From: Paraspadella gotoi
Lineage: Eukaryota > Animalia > Chaetognatha
Direction: 5' to 3'
Assembly (NCBI GenBank): GCA_051294375.1
Contig: CM119267.1
Span: 20,585,476 to 20,649,475 of the forward strand
Length of the DNA stretch: 64,000 nt
In this document: positions 12,604 through 25,337 of the stretch, piece by piece
How positions within the stretch are numbered: the first letter of the stretch is position 1
Layout of the letters: each line of letters starts with the position of its first letter
Notes under the pieces: generated by a model
The model's input: the letters and a program-made list of their open reading frames with translations, nothing else
The model's database searches: none
Told to the model about the DNA's origin: nothing
Made by a program: the position numbers and the translations under genes

Positions 12604-15600
12604 TCATTCCGAAACCCATCGACCCACCTTGATGCACATAGGATGAACAGAGGCGTTTTGTTCCGTTACCGGGCTGTACATGTTCAGCGGAGTTTGCGCC
12701 ACGGGCAGTCCCTTCGGACGAAAGCTGGACGATCCCGTCTGTTCCGTCGACGGCCACTTGCCTAAAACCGCGCTGGTCCCGAGCCCGATTCTCGCAATGC
12801 GCAAGGCGTTCTCGTTGAGTCGACGTTTTTCCTCTTTCCTCCTTGCCTCCTCCTCCTCCTCCATCCTTTTGTTTTCCTCCGCCTTCCGTCGATTTTCCGC
12901 CTCCAATCGTTTTCGCTCCTCCTCCGCCCGCTTCTTCAACAACTCCGCTTTCAACTTTTCCGCTTCCCTCCACTTTTCCTCCTCTTCCCTCTTTTGCTTG
13001 TCCACCAACTTTTTGTGGATGTTGGCTTTGAGGGATTCGAGTCTGACCTCCTTTTCTTTCCGCGTCTCGGCCTGGTCCGACTTTCCCGAGAACTTCTTGG
13101 ATCGAGGGGCGAGGTCGTCCTCGGGGCCGTTGTCCATCTCGTCGCTGCTGATCGGCACAATCCCCGTATCGGAGGGACTCTTGGATGTTTGTTCGAGGAG
13201 GGCAGGATTAAGCGACGGCGGGAAGGACCCAGGATTAGGATTAAACTTAGATGGTGCAACGTGCGTGCTGCAGTTGACGGCCAATTGAGGCGGAACTGCA
13301 GAAAACGAGTTTTGAGACAGAAAATAAAGAGCTGGCGAAAACACAAAATCTCAAACAAAACGCGACGAGACGACTTACGATAGCCAGAGGGGACGGGCAA
13401 TGCGTGGGGGAGGGGAAGCGTCTGAGGATGAAGAACTGGATACTGATGGCTCGATGTCGAGACGGGAAACATTGGCGGCGGGACGGAGACTGAGGTTTTC
13501 GTAACGGGGTTCGGCCGAGGGAGGGACTTATTGCAAAGATCCTTAACGAAAGGATAAACGACTGAGAAATACTTTTATCTAATTATTATTATCTCAGTAG
13601 TTCGGTTACCAAGTAATTAAACATCCTCAGAACGCCGTGTGTTTCGTGCCGCGCCATCTTCAGCTTTCGTACATTGTCTTTTTGGTCGTTAACAACGCGC
13701 ATGAAATCGTTTGTCTTCATTTTGTTGATGAGCGTGAAAAAGTGGACACCCATCTGATTCCGACGTAAAAGAATAAAAGTAAATAATTAGTTAATAAGTG
13801 TTATTCATATTTCCAATAGTCAAAAAGTGACCTGGCCATGTTGTATATTCTTTTCCCATTCGTGAAGGACGATGTTATTGAGCCTCAGGGACATACTTCC
13901 GTCTTTGCTCGAAGTCGCTAATTTGTGATCCAGCGATTTCAAGACTTTTATTATTTGAGTCGTGGCCGTCTGAGCAAACCACAATCATTTTGTTGGAGAC
14001 GGAATCGTGAAGAGGATCCACAACAATCCTCCTCTAACAATTTCTTCGAGAGACTGGTAAATTAAGGACCATACATTTCTATTTAAACTAAACCTGTGGA
14101 GAAACGGACTCTTTCTCGGCCATCTGTTTGACGGCTTCGACGACTTTGGCAATAATGAAGTCATCGTCGGTAGGCGTGGACGACGACAAAGACGCCGCCA
14201 ACTGCTTGGGCGACGCGCGACGCTTTTTATTGCCCCGAGAGTCATCCTCGCCATCGGAAATGACCATGTCTTCTTGGTCAAGAACTGGAGCCTCTGCGAC
14301 GACGCGCGTAGCTTCGGGAGCTGGATCGAGGGTGAGTAAGGAATGACTAACTCGAATGACCGCAGCGAGGGCAACAAGACCCATAAGTCGATCAGACTTA
14401 CCAGCGTATTCTTGTACAAGCGCGTCTAAGCGAGACTCGGCGACGACAGGCACGGGTTTCGGCGACGCTTCTGTCGATATAAAAAAATGGGCAATTTCGA
14501 AATCATTTCGCTGAATCAGTCACTGTACGCGGCCTAAAGGATAGAAAATTAATGAGTGACCTCGCAATTTTTTTGCTGGGGGCTCGACTTCAAATCCGGG
14601 TCCTTGGTAAGCCTGCGATAAAAAAAAAAAAAATTTAGTAAAAAGTTACAAATTCCTATGACTTTAGTTTTGATGTTAACCTTCAGCAAGCAAAACCGCT
14701 CCAAATGCCCCGACTCTTTGCAATGCGCGCAAACTGGAAGTTCCGACTCGGAAAGTAAACGATCCGCACAGATCAAATCGTATCTGGGGAATGAAGTATT
14801 AAGTTTAAAGTATTAAGTTTTAACGACGTGAAGTATAATCTTTGAACCATATTCTCTTCTATTCTTTTCTAACCTGAAAGCGCCATCGCACGCGCTCGCC
14901 TCGTCCTTGAAGAGTAATATCCTTTTGCCGATTTTAATGCCAGACATAATCTCGATCGTATCCACGAAGAGGTAATCGGAATTCCATATGTTCTTCACCA
15001 AGTTCTTGTAGCCGAGTTGCTCCGCCTGAGAAACACGCGTCATTAAAGTAAAGAACGGATTAAGAACAGCCATAGAAATCCAGTCACTAACCTCTACTGG
15101 AGTTGAGCCCTCCTGGACGATCCATTCGGTCTTCCCTCCGAAAAAAGAGAAAACGTACTTTCCGCGGTCTTTGTCCATCTCGCTTCGGAAATCGATCTCT
15201 TCGCGGTCCATGGCGTCGCGGATGATCTCACGGTACGAGTTGGTAGGGTTAGGAGTTACCTTCACCGACAACATGATTTCTGCAAAGAGGATGGAAAGAG
15301 AGACGTTTTAAGAGAGAGCACAGGTATACAATATCAAGGTATTTATGAGAATTATTCAACTAATTACCTTTTTGCGTTACAATCATTTACAAATATGAGT
15401 GCAAATTTGTTGCAACGATGTACACACCCGCAAATCTTTTGGTTTCGTCATCGGCTCGAGTATTCACTGGTCTTCCCTTAACCGCAGCAGCGCTCAGAGC
15501 CTCCACGCTTTGAAGCGGCTTCACCACTGATTCTGAATTTGAGACAGTTTTATCTAATGCTCGATCGTTATTAGTCAAGTCCTTTAAGGATTAAATACCT

Positions 15601-17734
15601 TTTCGCTCCCTGGAAACCGAACTAGGACTTGCTTGTCTTTCGTTCGCGGGCGATCTCGAGTTGCTCTGCGATGATCCTTTTTTTTTGCGAGTTTCCTCGC
15701 GTTTCGATTGTCGCTGATCCGGGAAAGACTTCTGAAGCGGCGGCGGCACCGGCACTGGTTGCATTGATTGCATCGGCGTCACCGGTTGCTGCCGCTCTTT
15801 AATTTGGCCTAAAAACTGAGTGAACAAATCGCGCGAATCCTTCGGAGGTTGAGTACCGGAGAGAGGAAAGGTTTTGGAGGATGATTCGGAAGAGTTTGGG
15901 CGGGTAGAGGGGAGTCCGAGACGGTCGGCTTGCGGCGCACGATTGTCTGGCTTTTCGTCCGAAATGGCGTCTTCAGTTTTGGGGGCGTCGGAAGGGCCGG
16001 GCACGGCATATGGCAATGAATGCGAGAAAAAGTCGGGCAATTCCATCTTTTCTTTTTTCAAAGGATCGGCGAGAAGCTTCTCTGTTTTTTGTCTGAAAAT
16101 AGATGGAAATATGCAATTTCACTTCCAGAAATTATTACACAATCCACCAATCAAGGCACTAACTTTTTTGAAATTGAATCCAAGAGCTGGTTAAAAGAAG
16201 CAATTTGATCCGGCGGAAGGCTCTTCAGCTTTTCCAATAACTCCATTTGAGTAGAATTGTTTTCTACCAAAGAAAACGGTTCATTCGTTAAAAAAGTGAG
16301 AAAAAAAGAACTAAATCGGTTCTCATTTTTACCCGATGGAGCCCCAGCATTAAGCGCCGTATCGCTTCCCTCTTGTCCAACGTAAGCGTTTCCCCTGAAA
16401 TCAAGAAAAACCGTAAAGACGCAAATTTAGGTCTTCTAAAATCCACCGGGTCCTAACCTGGAAACGTCCGACTTTTCCAACCTCCCTCGAACGGCCCCTT
16501 CCTCTCTTTTCTCCACCGAGTCCGCCCTCCTCTTCTCCCTCCGCCCGAAATCCTGCTCGATGACCACGATTCTTTTGCGGTAGAGCTCTTCGTCGTGCGG
16601 AACCTCTCTCTCCTTGGCTTCTCGCTTGCTCCTCTCGTACTCCTCTTTTCTCCACCGCTGCTTTTGCAGGGAAGGATCGCGATCCATCATCTCTTCTTCC
16701 TCCAGCAGCCTCCTCTCCTCCCCCAGCTTTCTCCTCTCCGCCTCGTAACCGTCGACGAACGACGAAGGCTTGTTGTAATAGTCCCGCACGACCATCGCCT
16801 GCTGACGCAGACGCTGGACGTCGGCGGCCGGGTTGGTTGAGGTCCCGGCGCCAGCGGCGTGGAAGGGTGGCGGAGAAGGGCGTTGGTATTTTTGAAGTTT
16901 ATTGCCCGAGGAAACGACGTTGGGGGCGGGTCTCGAGGAATTCTGAAAAGAGGGAAGAGTAATTTCAAGGTATTGCTTCGCGTTAATTGGTGATCATATG
17001 ATTGAATAAGTACATAAAATTTTTGTTCAATAAACGTTTCATAATACCTTACTAGTTAATTTTTTTATAATTATCATTTGAATAATAAGGGGGATAGACA
17101 GACCAACCAAAAAGTAACAATTTGTATTCGAGAACACGCACTTGCTACCCACCTTTCTAGAATAATCCGGGTCTCCTTCCAGTATTTTCAGAGCGGCTTC
17201 GGCTTCCGAACCCATTTCTCTGGGACGAGGTTTTTCGTTGAGATAGATACGGCGCTCTTGCTGCGGACTTGGCCTATCTTGGTTATGACCGCGCCGATCA
17301 TTGCTCGGTCCGCGTCGTTCCTGATGCGGACTGCGCCGATAGTAGGGCGGCGACAGGGACCTAAACGACCATCAAACTTTAAGCAATAGGTCTAATGATC
17401 GGAACAGTATTGAAAGAGACCTTTCTTCATTGAAAGAGACCTTTCTTTGGTTTTGGATTTCCTGACGTAACGGTCGGATCTCATCTTCGATATTCCAACG
17501 TCCCTCGATCGTGAACGAGACCGCGAATGTCGCGAACGCCCACGAGATCGACTCCGAGATCTACTGCGGGATCGGCTTGACGAGGCGCTGCGACTTCCCG
17601 AGGATCGGGAGTCGCTTCTGTCGAGAAGATAAGGTATGTATGTATTAACGTAATTTATGTATCGTTAGACTTAAGATTTTGATTTATGTTACTACTAAAA
17701 AATGTTACCTTTTCCTTCGATAATTTCTCTTCAT
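12604..17734 (-). CDS. RS-rich, CCHC zinc-knuckle-containing putative RNA-binding protein (multi-exon; start tentative)
   Basis: N-terminal RS tract SRSRSRSRSRSRGRSRHSRSRSRSRD (about 17620-17500). Zinc knuckle CAHCKESGHLERFC (about 14730-14690). Possible degenerate RRM segments and a C-terminal charged coiled coil (13010-12820). GT-AG introns. Confidence 0.65.
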
Positions 17735-18270
17735 TGTTGCATTATCATAATGCCCATAAATAAAGGAAAAACAGACTGAAGTCTAAAATCGTTAACCTTG
17801 AAAGTTTATCTGTGAAGCTGCCAATAAATAAAATTGGAATTATCGGTACATAATAATATATTAGAAATTTGCAACGATCAACGAAAGCTTGCGATATTGA
17901 TCCTTGAAATTGATCCTTGAAATTGAGCTTTCTCCGCATAAAAACGTTAGAAAATTGATTACGTCTTCTCATGTAATGCAAAAGCAACAGAGCTTTTGTT
18001 AATAAGCTTCGATAAACTAAAATTTCGACGACACAAAAAAACAAAGAACAAAATGATCTAAAAATCAGCCGGTGATTATTTACAGGGGTCGAACGAATAA
18101 GTCTACTTGTACTCCCATCGTAGAAAAGACTAGTTTTTATTCAAAACGGTCGAAACTGTAAAATGGATCTCGCAACGATCGCTCGAATAAGTCAAAGCGA
18201 GGTGCTCTTCATTTTTGGGAAGAAGTTCCAGAATCGAACTAACGCGCGTTCGACGTCGATGATTAACGTT

Positions 18271-20333
18271 TCATTGTTCCTCCTTTTTGTCTTTTTTCTT
18301 CTCTTCTCCGTCCTTTTTCGACTCGGACTGATTGGCTGTCAACGATTCCACGGCTTGTCTGATTGCTTCACTATGAGGGTCGACTCCTACAAAAATAAGA
18401 ATACGTAATAAAACGGAGTTGACATCATGATTAAGGGCTTTCTTTTTTTTTACCCGGCAAGCTGGTGAGAACGTCGTGCAAAAAGTCAGGGTCGGTCATG
18501 ACGTCCGAATAATCGTCGTCCTTCGAGGCTGACGCCGATGCTTAAAGGAAAAAGGAGACGATTTAAAAAAAAAAAAAAAAAGGGAAAAAATCGGTCTCAC
18601 TCATTTGGCGAACCTTCGGCGGGTTTGTCGTCGTCGCCCTCGTCGCCGCTCCCAGGCTGCAGCGACATCTGCATAGCGTAGGCGATCTGCTCGTCTTCGG
18701 TCATCGACGCGAAATCGGGAATCCCAGAGGAGTAATCATCTGTTCGAGGTCATGGTCAAAATTTAGAAAAAGAAAAAGAAACTACGTGTTTTTTAAGAAA
18801 AACAAATTGAATCCTCCCTCACCGGCGGGATGTTCGTACGAACCGGAAGTGGGCGCGGCGACGCTGACGGCGGACGCGTGAGACGGAGGTGCAACATCTT
18901 CGCCATCGTCGACGGCGATTGACATTTCAAGGGCCTTCGCCAACAGCGCCTCGTCATCGTCGCCTAGTAAAAAAAAGGAAGGAAGAAAGTAACTTGGAGC
19001 CGTAAGATTTTGGAAGGAAGTAAGGTACCTTCTTCGTTGTCTTCGGGAATAGTGATCTCCTTTGGAGCGGTGGCCTCTTGATGCCGCTTAGCCTCTTCCT
19101 CTTGACGTTGTCGTTGCTCCTCCATGGACACTCGCAGCGCCAGCGCCAGTTCAGGATCCGCTGGATCGAAAAAAACGTTCCATCGATTTTAATCTCTGTG
19201 GTTTCATAGGAAAGATAAAAGAGAGAAGAAAACGACAGGGGGGAAACAAACCGGAAGGATCAACACCGAAATCGAAGTCACCACCGAATCCGCCGCCGCC
19301 TTCCATTCCGCCCATTCCGGCATTGTCTTCGCCTAGGAGATTTTTGAGATAGATAAACATTAAATTTATTGCAAATTTTTTTACTACAAAGAATGAAACC
19401 TTGAATGACAGCGGAAGTGACGAGAGCGTCGCTGAGCACAGGACCAGGAGGAACGGTTACCAAGTGACTTTGCTGTCCATCCTTGCCGTTGAGGGTTGTG
19501 ATGAAAACGTTTAGTTTTTCCGTGTTGGCCGTTTCCTCGCCGAAGTTCACGATATCCACATTAACCTGGAAATAAAGCCGAACATATGTGCTTTTTCAAG
19601 GTCGGCTTTCCCTTTAAATTAAGACCGACTGACCGACCAATGACTGACTGACTGACCTTTTCCTTCTTGAGCCGCTTGGCCAGTTTGACAAGGTCCTTCT
19701 CGTCCTCAATAATAGGCGATCCGACAAAGCAGATGATTCGCATTTTGTGGTTTTTGCCCTGACGATGCTTCAGCGCCAAGTGCGCCACGCGGACTCCCGA
19801 CGAAAACGAGACCGTGCCGCGGGGCTCCACCTGTTAACATTTTTACAAACAGCGAAAAATAAAAGTCACCACAAGCAAAGTCAGGTACCCTCTCATTAGG
19901 CCTTTCAAAATTCAGACCTGATGTAGCTTGGACATGATTCTTCCAGTCTCCGCGGTGAGAGTGTTGAGAACCTCGATCCTCTTGCCCGCCATCGTCAAGA
20001 GGCCGACGTTGTTCTCGGGGTTGGAGCGGGTCTTCGAATGACACACCAGATTGACCGCGTCCTAGAAGGAAAAGAAAGATGGATCAGTCGAACAAAAAAC
20101 AGAATTTTTTTTTTGTACAAGAAGCTGATAGAAACTTTCAGGGTCAGTACAAAATAACAATATCATTATCCTGGATACCCCCATCCATCCATCCAAAAAA
20201 AAAAAACAAACAAACAAAAATCCATAGATTTTCAGGTGCTCACCTGCTGCGCCTGCATTCTGGTCGGGATGAAGTCTCCGTTCCTCATGAAGTCCGAGTT
20301 GTCGACGCAGATCATAGTCGATTCCAGCACCAT
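18271..20333 (-). CDS. PSMD4: 26S proteasome regulatory subunit Rpn10/S5a
   Basis: [30 protein letters not shown]; VWA domain [21 protein letters not shown]; [19 protein letters not shown] and [15 protein letters not shown] UIMs; C-terminus [25 protein letters not shown]...KKEEQ*. Confidence 0.97.
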
Positions 20334-20572
20334 CTTGGAGCAGTCGGTGGCCGACTCAAGTTGTAATAATCAACACAAGAAAATCAGTACAATTTTTTAT
20401 TAACTGACGTCTTGGAAAATCGACGACGATTTTCAGATTGTATTGTTGTATTGTATTGTATTGTTTTTCAAAAGAGTGGACGTGGTAACTTAAATAACTG
20501 CACAATAAAAAAGTGTTAATAAAATTTGAAATTAAAATTAACGAGTTAATTAAATTAAATGCCATCGGCTGG

Positions 20573-23500
20573 CTATGAAGTCACAGAATTGGTTTTTAAA
20601 CTTGTTCCGTTAGGATGTTGCGTCTTTTCAGAGTTTTGTGCGTGACGCCGAGATTGTGGCTGCTGTTGTTGTTGATGCGGCTGCTGCTGCTGCTGCTGTG
20701 GTTGGGCTCTATTTCCCCGTGACATCGCGGAGACTTGTCTTGCAAGCGCATCGTGATCTGAAATGAGCGACATTTTTTTTTCCTTTTGTTTTCTTAGGAT
20801 TTTTTCAACTCATTGTTCCCACCGATTGTGCTGTGCAGCATAAGGCCCAAAACGCCGGCTCGGTTGGCCATCGCCAATCGGATCGTTCGCTCCTCCTCGT
20901 ACAGTTCCTCGAGCTCCATCAAATCGCGCACCTTAAAAAAGAAAACTAAATTGAAATTAAGATCACGAAAATAACATGACTGAGCCACTCACTCTCTCCA
21001 TATCGATCTCGGCTCGTCGAAGGCGTTCCCAGTTGATGTGATTAGGACATTTCTTCTTCGGCGCCCGACAAAGACTCGGAGTTTCCTCGAACAGTTCTTT
21101 GGTCAGCGGACAACCACATATCTCGTCAGGCTCAACCTTTTTGTCCTTAAAGTGTTCGGGGCAGATGACTCGCAATCTGAGAGTTGACAGAGGAAATAAA
21201 AAAAAAAATAATTAAGGATATCGTTTCAATCATAGGAAAGGTTTAATCAAATCTTGGGAACGCCATTCGTACCGCTTGCAGTAGGTGTTCGACTCTTTGT
21301 TGAAAGCGTCGCAAAAGAAAGACTGTTCCGTCGATGTTCGTGCGAACAAAGAGCCGAAGGAGGTTTGACTCTCGAAACGGAGAAGCAGCGCTCCATGTGG
21401 GCGGGCGCGACGGGCGTTCGTCTCGTGACCGCACGTCACGCAATAGATGGTCATCTCAGTCTCGTCATCGTCGTCGATCGCGTCCATGGTCGCCTTGTAA
21501 CCTTAGCCTTTTCCACGATGGCGTCCAAGGCTTGATGCTTCTCGTCCAAATCTCCGAGGCGCTTCGAAGTCTCCATCAGCTTTTGCCGAACCTTTTCCAG
21601 CTTCTTCATGTCCAGCTGTCCGCCGTGCAACTGAGGCGTTTCAAAAAGACAACATCATCGAACTGTTCCTACTGACGACTTTCTGGCAACATATATGTAG
21701 ACCTTACCTCGACGCCTGCCATTGCTGGATGCGCTGCGGCAACGAGCTGAAAGCGGTGGTGGCAAGTTTAAGACCACAGTCGTCCGAGCAATACTTAGAT
21801 TTAGGTCGGGCCGTCCGCGTGCAGCCTGGACCGTAGCACTGAGTAAAGGTATCCTCTTTGTCCTCTTGACTGGTTTCTGTGTGCAAGCGGTTTACAATGG
21901 GCTACCTTTAAAAGTTTTATAAATCAAACTATCCAAAACCTACCGAGAAAGTCAACTCCAGAATCGAAAATCATGGAATTAGCGAAAAGATCGTTTCCGG
22001 TGGCAGAGCGCGAGCCTATATCAAAATCGCATGAAAAGGAAGAGTAACCAGATTACAATATTTACCAACTCTCTCTCACCTCTGCCTCTTTTAGTTTTCC
22101 GAATCTTTTTTTCACGGTTCCGCGACTTTTGTCCCTCGGGTACGAACGATGATGGAGGCGCGTGGACGTTTTTCAGCTTGAGGGTCTTTCGCTTGGGCTC
22201 CTGACATTACGTATTGACATGTTAAGCTAAGATAGTAATCATAATCATCATCTAGTCGCGACTTCTCACTCTCTTTTCTCACCTGGTTATCGCTATCGAA
22301 ATCCTCGTAAGAATCCGTTTTTTTCGGCCTGGACTTCGGGACAGATTTTTTCTCTGGTCTAAACAAAATTTTTTAAAAAAATTTCGGGAAATTATCGAAC
22401 GATTTGAAAATTTTGGAATGGTTAAGATGAAACCAACCTGAAGTCCGGGTCGTAGTTGTACGATTTAGTGGATTTCACATTTCTGTCATCACGGTCCTCG
22501 TCGCTGAAAATGGGGTCGCTCTCCAAATCCTCGTTGTCCTCTTCATCGTCGTAAATGTCTTCGTCATTATCGTCATCGTCGTCATCGTCGTCGCTCCCCC
22601 GATATTTCTAAAAAAAAACAAAAAAAAAACCATATATATATATAATAATATCTATTTTAATATGTGCTGAGAGTAGAAAGAAAATTAGTCTCACTTTCTT
22701 GGCGGATTTTGTGTGCGAGTGTCGAGATCGTTTGCCGAAATTGTGGCACTGTCGCCGACGACACTTTTGGCGCCGCTTGAAGGGACCTGAAAATGACCCG
22801 ACCTATGTTTTTCTTAATAAAAAAAAAAAACAAAAAACCCAAAACGAAGCGAGGATCTTAGTTTTCTCACCCCCGAATTTCGGCATGTCTTTGCAATAAT
22901 CGCACTGACCGCAATCTTCGGTTTGAAAGCAAGCTTCGCATTGACCGCATCTAATAAGGGTTAAATTTAACGAGACCGGTTACGAAGGATGAAATTGTGG
23001 CGGTATATTCACACCGCCTCACACCCAACATCCCATCCACACCACCAACTGTCCTAACGACTTCCCTCTGCGTTGGCAAAGCGAGACCGTCCTTGGGTAA
23101 CCGCCAAAACCAACAGTGAGATGCCCCATCCCAATGGGCATCACAGGCAACCCGGCTGTTGCCATAAAAAACAAAAAAGGAGAAACGTTCCACCAAAACT
23201 AAATTCTACAACCTTTTAGCATTTTTAATTTTTTTGTTTTTTTCCTTGGGGGCGGAGGTTAGGCTTGTCTTGTAGAGAATGGTCAATCCCGAGTCTTTCG
23301 CTCTGCAAACCTAATTTAAGCCAATTTTAATAACTTTTTATAATAGTCGTTGCTCATTTTTGAGCGATTACTGATTACCTACCTGACAATACCATCGCTT
23401 AATGGAGCGCGAAATTTCCTCGGAAACGCCAATGCAATCCCCGTGAAACCACTCGTTGCATTGATCGCACCCTGAAATTAAAACAGGCCATAGAGTTACA

Positions 23501-24255
23501 CTTTTCTATTTTTATATTACTTTTATGAAATTGGTACAACCAATATAAAAATTATCCATTCATTTAATAAATAAGCTATCTTGCCCCTGACTTTGGACAG
23601 GCTTTGGTGGTTTAAGGCCTCCATCACTCTTACAAGATAATTACATAGCAGGTCCCTGCAAGCTTTCAATCAAAACTCTCTCACAGTCCCGTTTATTTAC
23701 TCCCAGAGTACCTGGCTTCCCTATCAATGAAGTGGAAAATATTTCAAAGAATGTTTCAATTGTATGAAAAGACCACTCCCTTAAGTATTTACAAACGCGT
23801 CGTACCTATCATAAAGCGATTGATGTCAGGTTTGCGGCAGATGCAATACTCGAGTTTGCCGCCGACGAATGTCGACCTCCGCTCCGCGATCTCGGCGTCC
23901 GCCTCGGCGGTAGGCGAGGGCGTGTTATTCCGCTCCTCGGCGCATTCCGCTTCGCCGGCTTCGATACGAGCGTCGGAAAATTCGTCGCTACGATGACGCA
24001 AATACGTATCAATGACGATGGAGTAGAGGGAGATAAATAAATGGGGATACGATGATCGCGCTATTCTTCTCTATAGAGGATGTTCTCTTCAAGCATCGCC
24101 AGGCAAAAGCGAATTAAAGGAAACTCTCTATCTGCTCACCTGACACTCCCATCGACTCCTCCTGACTTGGCGTGGGAGCCGATCCTCCGCTCCAGCTCGG
24201 AGGCGGACATCGCTTCGTTAAGGTCGATGACGATACTGCTTCGAGGAGACTCCAT
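20573..24255 (-). CDS. CXXC1: CXXC finger protein 1 (CFP1, COMPASS subunit); several apparent frameshifts at 21310-21770
   Basis: PHD finger [29 protein letters not shown]; CXXC finger [40 protein letters not shown]; QCYGPGC...[12 protein letters not shown]; [14 protein letters not shown]; [21 protein letters not shown]. Confidence 0.93.
22996..23166 (+). mobile_element. Family B short element, internally deleted copy (antisense in a CXXC1 intron)
   Basis: Shares the head TGTGGCGGTATATTCACACCGCCTCAC, the middle and the 3' end ...GGCAACCCGGCTGTTGCCATA with the reverse complement of 62157-62411. It lacks about 38 nt covering twister T2/P3/P4. Confidence 0.85.
23523..23772 (-). mobile_element. 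Family A ~250-bp interspersed element, copy 1 (sense in the CXXC1 intron splitting the PHD finger)
   Basis: Highly similar to 33210-33459 and 59654-59902. Confidence 0.9.
23577..23639 (-). ncRNA. P5-type twister ribozyme (family A copy 1)
   Basis: UAUCUUGU AA GAGU GAUGG AGGCCU UAA ACC AC CAAA G CCUG UCCAAAGU CAGG G GCAAGAUA. 8-bp P5, T1 UGG/CCA, T2 AC/GU, conserved GA and UAA. Predicted cleavage between 23614 and 23613. Confidence 0.78.
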
Positions 24256-25337
24256 CCCGTCGTAGCGAGAAAATAAGTACGGATATCAAGTTACGAAAAC
24301 ATTAAATTCCACAATCATGTTCCGGTTTTACAAGTATCTGTAAGGGTAATAATAATAATTATAATTAACGTGCAGAAAAAAAATTTAAGTTTGATTCTAC
24401 CAAATTTATCTGGATAATTCTATCATCTTATCTTTTTCTATTACTAGTTCACCAGGTCTTCATTTAAAAAAAAATGCTGCGAAACTCGAGAGTTTTAACG
24501 AAGGGGGTATTAAATGAGTGAAAAAAAAATTGCTAAGAATAATTTTCAAGGATTTGTTTTTCGATGTTACTGATACATAATGAAAGTGAAAATAATGAAA
24601 TCACAGACGGTAAAGTGGTGCATAAAAATTTGCACGCGAGGAAAAGCAGAACTCTTTTTCTAGTTGAAAAAAATGAAAACAAATTCTAATTGTAAAGAAA
24701 TAACTTGGTTTTTGAGCAATGTTGTTCGATACTCTTATTACGAAAACCTCAAGTGACAAACTACGACTATCGTTAATTTTTTTTCTTCCGTGGTAACTTA
24801 CATAAATGCAGTTCAAAATAACTCTTCAAAGGGTGAACAGGATTGAGGAACCGTTACGACTAGAAATTCATATAAAAAATAGCTACGATTGTACGACAAT
24901 GTGCGTCACAATTGCAAAACAGAACCGTAAACCTAAAATCTGTAGAAGAAATTTGATTGAGAAAGATTCTCCGTTTTTTGTTCTTGTTCTTGTTTAACGG
25001 CCGACGTTAGTGACATTTGCGCGAACCTCGATAAAAATGTAGTAATCGCCTTAAAACTGTTGTTCTGATCTCTTTCTTTTTGTTTAGGTCACAAACACAA
25101 GTGGCAAGGCCCAAAAAATCTCGAACTAGATCTACGCTAAAAAGTAAACGCGGCGCAAATCGATTACAACGAGAAAAGGTAAGACTTGGAGCTTTACTCT
25201 ATCTACAATGCAAAACTCTGGAAACATTTGTCCGTTAATTCTACTAGTTTAAATACTCCTCCGGCGTTGTCCGCGATCTCAGCAGTCAATCTCGTTTTTT
25301 CATCGTAATTTAAACTTTGTTCTTTTTCGTTCAATTT

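Noticed and set aside
17409-17447. 20-bp direct repeat ATTGAAAGAGACCTTTCTT at a splice donor (also short duplications near 14795 and 17900)
   Set aside because: Two-unit local duplications without spacers; not CRISPR-like and no evident function.
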